DNA of 63,316 nt, filler included, from Octopus bimaculoides (Eukaryota), in NCBI RefSeq assembly GCF_001194135.2. It is 6 parts of 6 records of this genome, joined end to end, with 100 filler letters (N's around TTAATTAATTAA, not from the genome) between each part and the next. Parts side by side here need not be neighbours in the genome. Positions count along the whole stretch, not along the records: positions 29,882 to 49,155 come from NW_026306484.1; 5 more parts are not named here. One strand, 5' to 3'. Numbering within the stretch: the stretch's first letter is position 1; every line of letters starts with the position of its first letter. The position numbers and the translations under genes are program-made. Positions 37,870-47,846 of the stretch are shown in pieces. A model generated the notes under the pieces. That model worked only from the letters and a program-made list of their open reading frames with translations, was not told the DNA's origin and did not search any database.

Positions 37870-37995
37870 GGAGTTGTAGCAGTCCTTTTCATAATCCTCT
37901 CTGTCAAATTCGAATGGCGTCCTTACATTTGGATCAGGACCCGTGTCATCAAGTGGCAATCTCATAAGAAATACCAGAATCCACCACAGGCATAA
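37870..37995 (+). CDS. TM + cytoplasmic-tail terminal exon, copy 1 (5' end in gap)
   Basis: GVVAVLFIILSVKFEWRPYIWIRTRVIKWQSHKKYQNPPQA*: hydrophobic run, then basic tail, then TAA. Confidence 0.65.
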   Translation, partial: GVVAVLFIILSVKFEWRPYIWIRTRVIKWQSHKKYQNPPQA

Positions 37996-38074
37996 GAATG
38001 CTATGTTTTGCGCTTTTTTTCTTGTTTTTCTGAGATAAATATTGAATGTATTTCTTTAAATCATATATAACCAG

Positions 38075-38237
38075 AATACTCATCTCTGCCATAGTCCTCA
38101 TTTCCATACTCGGCCTTCTAGTCATCCTTTTCATAGCCTTTTCTGTCAAATTCGAATGGCGTCCTTACGTTTGGATTAAGACCCGTGTCATCGAGTGGCA
38201 ATCTCAGGAGGAATACAAGAATCTACCAGAGGCATAA
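38075..38237 (+). CDS. TM + cytoplasmic-tail terminal exon, copy 2
   Basis: Acceptor ATATAACCAG|A (phase 2); ILISAIVLISILGLLVILFIAFSV (24-aa TM) then KFEWRPYVWIKTRVIEWQSQEEYKNLPEA*. Confidence 0.65.
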
Positions 38238-38274
38238 GAATGCTATATTTTGTGATATTTTGTGTAAATTATAT

Positions 38275-38463
38275 ATATCCATCTCTGCCATTGTCATTCC
38301 TTCCATTATTGTCCTTTTCATAATCCTCTCTGTCATATTCAGATGCCATCCTTACATTTGGATCAAGACCCGTGACATCCAGTGGAAATCTCATAAGAAA
38401 TACCAGAATCCACCACAGGCAGAAGAATGCTATGTTTTGTGCTTTTTTTCTTGCTTTTCTTAA
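38275..38463 (+). pseudogene. TM + tail copy 3 (acceptor AG deleted, stop read through)
   Basis: ISISAIVIPSIIVLFIILSVIFRCHPYIWIKTRDIQWKSHKKYQNPPQAEEC...; the CCAG acceptor of copies 2 and 4 is missing. Confidence 0.6.
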
Positions 38464-38506
38464 AGGAGAAATATTGAATGTATTTATTAAAATAATATAT
38501 ATCCAG

Positions 38507-38648
38507 CATACCCATCTCTGCCATAGTCCTCCTTTTCATAATCCTCCCTGTAATATTCAGATGCCATCCTTACATTTGGATCAAGACCCGTGACATCCAG
38601 TGGAAATCTCACAAGAAATACCAGAATCCACCATGCTATGTTTTCTGA
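38507..38648 (+). CDS. TM + tail copy 4 (shortened TM)
   Basis: Acceptor ATATATCCAG|C (phase 2); IPISAIVLLFIILPVIFRCHPYIWIKTRDIQWKSHKKYQNPPCYVF*. Confidence 0.45.
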
Positions 38649-41600
38649 TTTTTGTTTTTCTTACAGGAGAAAAATGTTAAAATTTTAAAAAAATTATATA
38701 TTGTAATAAACTTTTTCTAACAACAATATATCCTTATGGGTTTTTGTTGAAGCCTCGTTCTTATTCTATTGATCTCTTTTGCAAAACTGCTAGGTTACAG
38801 GGACTTAAACACAACCCTCTCCATACACACGTATATCTGTGATTATAATTTGATGCATGCAGCATGACACATACTAACCGCCCAGAAGAAATACCTGGGG
38901 CATATCTACGCATGAATGATATTCAGTGTTTCACAAGTGTTTTAGCTTTACTTGGAAAATGCAAAATGAATCATCGTAAAAACACTTATAGAAAACTTTT
39001 AATTTCCATAAATCCTTTATTATACATAAGCCATTTAAAATAAAACACAAAAACCATTAGATTCACTTCAACATGTTTTTTCCTTCGGTTGAATAATAAC
39101 ATCTGCGCACAAGTGTATGAGTGGTTTAGACATTTCCAAGATGACTGAAAAATGGTAAGAGTGATGAATATTCTGGGAGACTTACAACCAACAGAACTGA
39201 GAAGAACATCGCAGAAGTGTATGCAGAAGGAAAATAAATAAATAAATAAAAACAAAAAGATGGTAGAATTTCGTTTATAAAATTTTATTTTGGTTTCTGT
39301 AAATTCCATCATGAAATTCGAACCTCTGTCCTGATGTTTGGAACTGTCAGAGATACATTTCCATAAAGTATACGCCATACATCCCCCCCAAAAAACAATG
39401 TATGTATAGCAATAAGAGCATGCAGAATATTGAAAGAATGTGTGTGTGTATTACGCACACATACACACAGAAAAGTGGGGCTAAACTTAGGGGTTTCTAG
39501 TTTGGAGGGCTGTTACACATGTACACTCATGCAACAGTTGATCCTGTCCCCTTTCATCACCCTCGGACTTCTCTACTGGACTTTCTACACTCCAGCCTAT
39601 GGATTACACTGGACTCTTTTGAATTTGAGATTTTTTGAAAATTCTTTTTTCCAGAATCGGAATCTCCATAGCCTAAAACGTGGGATTCCGTTTAAAAAAA
39701 AAAGGGAAGGGGGAAGATTGCATATGCTCCATCTGGACCAAGACCAGACAAATACAGACAAGGGGGGGGGGGTAATTGTATTCATTCATTTATGAATTAT
39801 TTGCATTTCTAGCTTGAGATTATGAAGAAACTTGAGGAATGTGGCTTCAGTTACATCAAATTTCTTCATAGAAAATCCAGAAAAAAGGAAAAAGAAAAAA
39901 GAAGCTCTTTGTGTTGGCTACGAAATATGCAATAATATCACAAACATTGCTAAAGGTGTCATTGAAAATGTTATAAACCTAACAAGGCATTCAGAGACAA
40001 GGAAGTTGTTCTGCTTTATGTTTGTCACAAATCTTTACACAAGACAATCCAAATTGAAAAAAAAAAGGGCTGTTCTATTGTAAGTGTGACCCATTTTAGA
40101 AAATTTTCTTCGGGACAATTTTGGTTTCCTTCCATTTCTAGCATCTTGTGCTTGTAAAGAAATGGGGGTTGATAAGATTGCATGTTGATGCTGTGAAAAA
40201 ATGTTTTAGGAAACCATTAAATGACTTGCAAAGCAAAAACAGAAGTGAAATATACACAAGCAACAAGCGGCAAGTGTGCTTCTATCATCCATGAATTATT
40301 TACATCTGCAGTTTGATAAGACTATGAAGAAAACTGCGGAAGAAGACTCTCTAATTATATCAAAAGATTTATCCAAAGAAATCCAGATAAAAGTAAAGCG
40401 TTCTGTGTATTGGCTTCTCAAAGTTGGTTAACAACATTGAGAAAAATGAAGGAAACATTGAAAATATCGCAAAATCTATCCAAAACCATCCAGAGATGCT
40501 CTTCGTATTGGATGCCAAATATTTTGTAGTAATGATATCAAGGAAATCGAGGTACGTGATATTGAAGATATCACAGATGGAATAAAAACACAACCAGATG
40601 CAGAAAGTTTTTCTGCTAAAGCGACGCAAAATGTGACCGTGTCACAGGTCAACGAAACGATGCCACAAAACTTTAGACAAAACAATTCAAAGAATCTAAG
40701 TGATTCTGTTCAAATGCGATTCATTATACAATCTCTTTGTCAGATTATTTTAGCTTCCTTCTATTTCTAAGCACGGTTTAGTTCGATGCTTAGGAGACAT
40801 GGAACTAAACCATCAAATGCTTTGCAAAAAGAAAAAGAGAAGTGAAATATAGACAAGCAACAACTGGTGAGTGTGATTCTATTGTTTATCACTTAAGAGA
40901 GCTTTAATTATATAAAAGAATTTCTCCCAAAATATCCAGATAAAATAAGTTATTCTTTGTATTGGCTGCTAAATATACAACAATACTGTCCCAAAATTCA
41001 GAAATGCCTTAAAGAGTAACATCCGAACAATTCTGTCCTGGTGCAGACATTAAGTCGCCTTGGACAATACAAATGGAACGCATCTCCTTAGACCCACATT
41101 CAGTACTTCTTGACCGATGCTTCATTTTTGACAGACTTACAACAATTTTGTTGGCATTGTTATAACACAATGCTTTCACGAATTTCATAATATGCATTAG
41201 TATCAACTTGTTTAATCTACCAAGCAACCATATGCACAAGTCCATTAGGGACAAAAAAAGAAAAAAAAGTGAAGGAAACATTGTAAATATCGCAAAATTT
41301 AGCCAAAAACATCCAAATGGATAGAAGATGCTCTTTGTATCGATTGCCACGTATTCAGGAGAAATGGCATCAAGGAAATCAAAGAACGTGACATTGAAGA
41401 TGTCACAAACGGAATAAAAACACATCCAGAAGCATTAAGTTGTTCTGCTTTTAGAGCGTTGCAAAGTGTGACCGTGTCGCAGGTCAACGAAGTGATGCCA
41501 CAAAACTTTATACAAGACAATCGGAACAAAATAAGTTAGGGTCAATTTTAAATGCGAACCATTTTGGAAGTTTATTTTCTTCAATTTTTGCAGACTATAT

Positions 41601-41663
41601 TAGTTTCCTACTAATTTCTAGCAGATTTCATTGTAAAGAAATGCAGGTTGATAAGATTAATGT

Positions 41664-41925
41664 GAAAAGTGTTTTGGACGACAAGATGTTGTAGAAATTG
41701 ACGAATCTAAGTTTATGCATCGGAAGTGTCACTGTGGATCAAACGCAGTAGCCTGAAATGCATTTTAGCTCCTGTGCAAGACAGGAGTGCAGCAACATTG
41801 TTGCCCATCATTTCCAGCCATATTTTGCTGGGAACTAAGACCCTTATAGACTAATGTGGTGAGTTTTGTCCATCTCAACAATGCCTCAATCCACGCAAAC
41901 ACCGTGGAGGGGATGTAGAGTCATG
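41664..41925 (+). mobile_element. Merlin (IS1016/ISXO2-like) transposase remnant 1
   Basis: FGRQDVVEIDESKFMHRK, VQDRSAATLLPII..HIL.GT..ID, HANTVEGM*SHVK: the Merlin DDE motifs in order. Confidence 0.85.
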
Positions 41926-41956
41926 TGAAAGCAAATTATCAGAAAAGTGTTGTTGT

Positions 41957-42190
41957 GAAAAATGTGTTGGAGGGCAAGACATAGAAATAGATGAATCCAG
42001 ATTGAACTGCTGGCACATTATCTATAACCAACAGACATGTGCTGCCATGGACTACAATTCTAACAGACAGCTTGCAGACTTATAATCTTCCCCATCATTG
42101 CAGTATGAACCTCGGACCGAGTTCTGTCGAGCCCAATGGTACCACAATCCACACGAATACGGTTGAAGGAATTCCGAGTCACATAAACGG
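41957..42190 (+). mobile_element. Merlin transposase remnant 2
   Basis: VGGQDIEIDESR, HVLPWTTILTD..TYN, HTNTVEG..SHI. Confidence 0.8.
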
Positions 42191-43097
42191 TTAAATATTG
42201 CAATAGGCATGGTACCTCTGATACGTTGTTTTCTACAGATTTACAAGAATTTTATTGGCAATATTACAACAGGTATACCTTTATGAACTTCATAAACTGC
42301 CTTAAACCTGTTTAATGTACCAGTTACGAGAATAATATAGTTGGAGACACACCGCAATCATCTTTTACTTTATGTTGTAGTTTACAATAGTTTATGAGGT
42401 TTTTAAAAACTGTTTTACTGCCTTTTATTGGCACATTTCATTCAAAAGACAAAGAGTGAAATATAGACCAGCAACAACCGGTGAGTGTGGTTCTATTCTT
42501 TATGTATTTGAATAAGATTATAAAGAAAATTAAGCAAGGTGACTTAAAATATGAGAAAATTTTGAACGAAACTAATGAAACTAAACCATGAAATGCTTTG
42601 TAAAGAGAAGTGAAATATAGACCAGCAACAACTGGGGTGTGTGGTAGCATTCCTTCCCGTTTATGAATTTCTCCTGTATAAAATTTGATAAGATAGATAG
42701 AAAATTGAGGAAGATGTCTTGAAATATATGATGAGATTTCTCAGAGAAAATCTGAGATAGAAATACGTTCTTAAAAGAAGTCGTTTGTATTGGCTGCACA
42801 AATAAAATTACGGAAATCAAAATGCATGACATTGAAGATGTCATCAAACGAAATAAAAAAACTTCCAGAAACAGTAAGTTGTTCTGCTTTAGAGTGTCAG
42901 AAAATGTGACCGTGTCACAGTTCCAGGAAATGATGCCACAAAACTTTATACAAGACAATCCAAACAATCAAAGTGGGTCTGTTTTAAGTGCGACCCATTA
43001 TAAATGCCTTTTTGTCGGACTATTTTAGTTACCTTCTATTTCTAGCAGATTTCTTTGCAAAGAAATGCAGGTTGCTAAGATTACAAAAATTGGATAA

Positions 43098-43190
43098 CAA
43101 AATGTAGAAACTGATGAATCCAAGTTTATGCACAGGAAGTACCACCACAGTTGTTATCGACAAGGCCGCTGGATTCTTCAAATAATACAA
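43098..43190 (+). mobile_element. Merlin transposase remnant 3
   Basis: QNVETDESKFMHRKYHHSCYRQGRWILQII. Confidence 0.8.
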
Positions 43191-44379
43191 CAATATAAAT
43201 TGTTCTGTTTTAAGTGTGGCCCATCATATAAGATTTTCTTCAGACTATTTTAGTTTCCTACTATTTCTAGCATCTTCCATTGCAAAGAAAAGCTAGGTTG
43301 ATAAGACTACAGATTGTTTTAGGGGACACAGAAGGAAGCTATTAAACTCCTTGCAAAATGAAACAGAAGTGAAATATAAACAAGGAACAACTGGCAAGTG
43401 TGTTTTTAATCTATCATTTATGAATCCTTCACGTCTGTAGTTTGATAAAATTATACAGAAAACCGAGGAAGGGCACTTTATTCATGTCAAAAGATTTATC
43501 AAAATATTCTCCATATTGGCTTCTAAACGCTAAGCAACAACAGTATCACAAAAAGTCAAGATGATATTGAACATGTTCCAAAATTTATTTAAAAACATCT
43601 AGATAAAACTATTGTTACCCCAGTGGTAACCAAATGGCTGTAAAATAAACTTTATAAAAAAAGTAACTGGAAAACACATCACCACGACGGATTCGCTGGA
43701 GGTCAAATTTAAGGCTGACCCCCTCCGGAAGTAACCAACGAAACAAAAAGGAGGACAGTGGTTTATAGAACACTGTCCACAACCAGTAAAAAGATTGAGG
43801 TAGGAAATAAGGAGTGTGTGCAATGTTCTACACTCGAAGCACTAAATCACTCCACTGAGGAAGATGAAATTACGAATCAAATCAAAAGCCAAAAGCACTT
43901 AATCTTATTCTTATAATGGAGATCCTATCAGGACCGTCTCCAGATGGCATGGCTCCTTATGAAGCTCACAAATGAGAGTTTATCAAACATGTCTCAAAGT
44001 CCCATCAAATAAAACCAGGAGATGAGAGCAGAGCAAGAAGTCTGAAGTTTGTCATTGAAATATGAAGACAAGGAAATCATGAACTAAATCTAGAGCCAAA
44101 AACACTGTTATTCTTATTGTTCTTGTAGCTGATAATGGGTCCATCAGACTCGAATCAAAAGAGATGACTGAGATAACATAAAACAAGTTAAGAAGATCGA
44201 CAGAGGAAAAAAAAAAAATTGTGTGCCTGCTTCCATGCATCTCACAGAGATATGCAACCATCAAGACTGATTCTTGGTGGTGGGTTTTTTTCTTTGGGGG
44301 GGTGTCACTTGTCTATCCAACTGGATGCCTCCACAGGGCCAGTTCTGCAGCCCCACACTGAAGGTGCTGTAAATAAACA

Positions 44380-44603
44380 AACTGTACTCGGAGGCCCTGG
44401 TCGGACAAAAGAAGAATCTCAACAGAATGGATTGGCAAACCTGAACTGCCGAGTGTTACAACCACACCATCACCGCAACCACCAAAAGTTTTACTTCAGT
44501 ATGGACCCAACAGGAAAATGTCTCGTTAGGTACAACAATTTTTACTGATAAATGAGCCAGTTACAAGGGCCTTCACCAACTTGGCTCCTGCATTCACCAA
44601 ACA
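44380..44603 (+). mobile_element. Merlin transposase remnant 4, internally deleted/scrambled
   Basis: VLGGPGRTKEES, NGLANL..HHRNH..F.MDPTG, then QENVSLGTTIFTDK*ASYKGL. Confidence 0.7.
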
Positions 44604-44751
44604 GCGGAGAATGCACCAGCCGTATTTAGGCCAAGTCATCTCGTAAAAACATTAATTGATGAAATTATTCACAATGCCGACAGCTCCATAAAGTACCAAT
44701 CTCTCAAAGTGGAAGACCTAGGGCCGAGACTTCTGGTGCCTGGCTGTACTC

Positions 44752-45190
44752 AATTAGAACAGGCTAAAGAAATGTCCTTTGATGGAAGCAAAAAAGAGGG
44801 ACATACAGCTTTAGATTTGACGCCAATGAAGAAATTCTTTTTGTAAAATGGTTTGATAATACATGCGTCACTATTGGAACTAATTATGATACAGTGGAAC
44901 CTCTTCAAAAAGTGCAACGTTGGCTGAAGAAATGCAAAGCAAAGGATCCAGTTTCTCAACCTCATGTGTTCAAAAATTACAGCGCACATAGGGGAGGTGT
45001 CGATAAGCATGATTGGTGGATCAGCAAATACGCCACAAGAATCAGAGCTAAAAAGTGGTATTGGCCTATCATCATTCGAATCGTGGAATATGGCAGTTGT
45101 GAATGCCCATATATATAACTTGATAAATAGCAACAATGAAAAACCAGCCACCAAAATCGATTTGCTTTTAGGAAGACATTCGGCAGGCAA
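44752..45190 (+). mobile_element. piggyBac (PGBD-like) transposase C-terminal remnant
   Basis: KRGTYSFRFDANEEILFVKWFDNTCVTIGTNYDTVEPLQKVQRW...QPHVFKNYSAHRGGVDKHD..ISKY..RIRAKKWYWPI, including the YNxxMGGVDxxD third catalytic Asp motif; stops present. Confidence 0.88.
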
Positions 45191-45611
45191 ATCATTAATC
45201 TGCAATACTGACCTGAAGTAGTTCTTGATCAGGTAATTAACTAATTGACATAATTTATATATATATATTTTTTTTATATTCGAGTTAATTTATATTTCCA
45301 GAAACAGCTTTCCAAAACCATCAAAAAAGATTACCTCATCACCCGAAATGCACGTCTTCTCACTAAACTGGAAACCTAGACTCACTTACCATCGAAGAAT
45401 ACATTGGATTTATTAAGGAACTACACACAAATCCCATAGGATAATCTCCCCCACCACCACCACCACCACCGTCAGTCCTGGATACTACCAAACATGCTCG
45501 AAGTCCACGATCACACGGAGCCCTGCAACCCAAGAGCCCCAAACTTTAACCTTAACAGTTAACACTGGACCTTCTGCTATCAAGAACTGACAAACTCAAT
45601 TATTTTCTAAC

Positions 45612-45689
45612 GGCGCTGTGCCTAAGACTCAAATATTTTATAACAATTCTGGCGCTGTGCCTAAGACTCAAATATTTTATAACAATTCT
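45612..45689. repeat. Exact 39-bp tandem duplication
   Basis: GGCGCTGTGCCTAAGACTCAAATATTTTATAACAATTCT twice. Confidence 0.9.
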
Positions 45690-45906
45690 GTGTGCTGTCG
45701 TTGTTGAAAGATGTTGCTGTCTTTCTCAATACGTAACTGAATCGTACGGGCCTGTTTGTTCTATTTGCTGTTTCCTTTGTCTAACCATAACAAAATATAC
45801 ACACACACACATACATGGAGAAACAAGCACTGGTACACTTTGAGGGGAGGAAATATCAACTCTTTCATTAGCATATTTCTGTTGAAATACATTGTCACAG
45901 TTTCAA

Positions 45907-45942
<36 letters not shown>

Positions 45943-46495
45943 TAATTGTGAAAAATAATTTTGTCATCATTAAGCTGGCATACTTAACAAATTAATGTGA
46001 AATTTTGGGTAATTTAACAAAAAACCAAAAAACCAAAAAACAACAACAAAAACTGCAACAATGGATTTGTCTCGTAAACCAAAGGTAGGTCTTTGGAAGG
46101 GGACGTAGGTATCAAAATTAATTAAACCAAACATGGGCACCAAACCGTTAATTAATGGAGTTAACATTTTCATTAATCACTTAACTTTGGAAATCATTGT
46201 TGGACTAATCAACCTTCGTTACATTTAACATTCGTTAATTGAAATCAAATTGAATTTACTACTATTAACTTTAATTACAGTTAATGGATTTTAATAGTTT
46301 TGGCACTTTTTTTAAAGGTGTTTTTAGGTGGGTTTTTTTTTTTGAGCAAAAACTTANNNNNNNNNNATGACAAGAATATAATAAAAAATAATGACTTTTC
46401 TTTTAATTTGCCACACCAATGCGAAGGACAGTGGGACCAACAGAAAGTGTTAGGGTTTACATATAATGAAATGAGGAAAAAAAAAATTATATATA

Positions 46496-46930
46496 GGCGT
46501 GGCAGTGTGGTACCAAGTTTGCCTCCCAACCACATGATTCCAGGTTCAGTCCCACTGCCATGGCACCTTGGGCAAGTGTCTTCTACTATAGCCTCGGGCT
46601 GATCAAAGCCTTGTTAGGACTTATTCTTTGTAAGCCTAGTACTTATTCTATCGGTCTCTTTTTGCCGACCTGCTAAGTTACGGGGACGTAAACACACCAT
46701 TGGTTGTCAAGCGATGTTGTGGGGGACAAACGCAGTCACACAAACATATACACACACATACATACATATATACACATATATACGACGGGCTTCTTTCAGT
46801 TTCCATCTACCAAATCCACTTACAAGNNNNNNNNNNCGGGCTTCTTTCAGTTTCCATCTACCAAATCCACTTACAAGGCTTTGGTCAACCTGAGGCTTTA
46901 GTAGAAGACACTTGCCCAAGGTGCCACGCA
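46496..46930. mobile_element. Two OR/CORE-like SINE pieces fused in opposite orientation
   Basis: + strand head 46496-46615 (GGCACCTTGGGCAAGTGTCTT) followed by a minus-strand copy ending in ACACTTGCCCAAGGTGCCACGCA at 46930. Confidence 0.8.
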
Positions 46931-47043
46931 AAAAAATTAAAAGTAATTCAATGTTTTCTTGAAACAATAAATTTCTATAGAAATTAGGATTTATAAAAAG
47001 TTTCCGTTCTACAATATTCTCAAAGGAATGAAATATTATCCAG

Positions 47044-47165
47044 CAACTCGAGCTAATACAAACGAGCCCGGTTGGTTTAAAAGATTAACTGGCATCTCCT
47101 TGTCAGGAATACAGGCAACCGTCAGATCACAGAGGTCTATGGTGCACTCCACTGTCGTTATTTAA
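47044..47165 (+). CDS. Candidate phase-1 terminal exon
   Basis: ATTATCCAG|CA acceptor; TRANTNEPGWFKRLTGISLSGIQATVRSQRSMVHSTVVI*; AATAAA at 47206-47211. The antisense frame is also open and the acceptor is weak. Confidence 0.3.
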
Positions 47166-47596
47166 TTACTGTATTCTGTGTTAAATTCAAATTACGACAA
47201 ACGTAAATAAACAAACGAAGTTTGCTTTTAGAAGTGTTGAGATGTCTTTTAGAAAGTTAAAGAAGTGATTTTAAATTCTCAATCGCAGAATAATGCTAAT
47301 AATATAGCCTGAACAGGATAAACTACCCCTATTTTGCAGAGAAAAGTGTAGGTGGCTGGAGAAGGGAAGAGAACTAGATATAGAAAAAATAAGCAATTCG
47401 GGAGCTAGAAATATTGGAGAAAAATGTGAAATTCTTCAAGCAGGTATCTGTCTTATGCAAAACCAATAGAAGCCCCAAGTGATACCAAAAACCTGGAATG
47501 CCTTCTGAGATAGATAAATACACACACATATGTATATATAGAAATGTGTAGTACATACTTAGAATTAAGTTGTTCAAACCATCCCTTCTCTTTTTA

Positions 47597-47846
47597 CTCT
47601 CTTTTACTTGTTTCAGTCTTTTGACTGCGGCCATGCTGGAGCACCGCCTTTAGTCGAGCAAATCGACCCCAGGACTTATCCTTTTGTAAAGCCTAGTACT
47701 TATTCTAACGGTCTCTTTTGCCGAACCACTAAGTTATGGGGACCTAAACACACCACCAACGGTTGTCAAGCGATGTTGGGGGACAAACACAAACACACAA
47801 ACATATACATATATACGACAGGCTTCTTTCAGTTTCCGTCTACCAC
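47597..47846 (-). mobile_element. Octopus SINE (OR/CORE-like), cut by gap
   Basis: GACTGCGGCCATGCTGGAGCACCGCCTTTAGTCGAGCAAATCGACCCCAGGACTTA...TTCAGTTTCCGTCTACC. Confidence 0.85.

Larger units (their letters stand above)
39800..43560 (+). repeat. Degenerate tandem array of 0.4-0.9 kb units associated with Merlin transposase sequence
   Basis: Recurrent blocks GAAGTGAAATATAGAC(A/C)AGCAACAACTGG, GTGACCGTGTC(A/G)CAGGTCAACGAA..GATGCCACAAAACTTTA and TTCCT..TATTTCTAGCA...TGTAAAGAAATG..GGTTGATAAGA, each appearing 3-5 times. Confidence 0.8.

Noticed and set aside
37870-38600. Minus-strand reading of the tandem unit (DDTGPDPNVRTPFEFDREDYEKD...)
   Set aside because: It is the expected antisense of hydrophobic codons and has a TAG in copy 2, whereas the + frame is open in all copies and matches the strand of the Ig exons.
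46787-46880. Direct 40-bp duplication either side of a 10-N gap
   Set aside because: Typical unmerged contig overlap.
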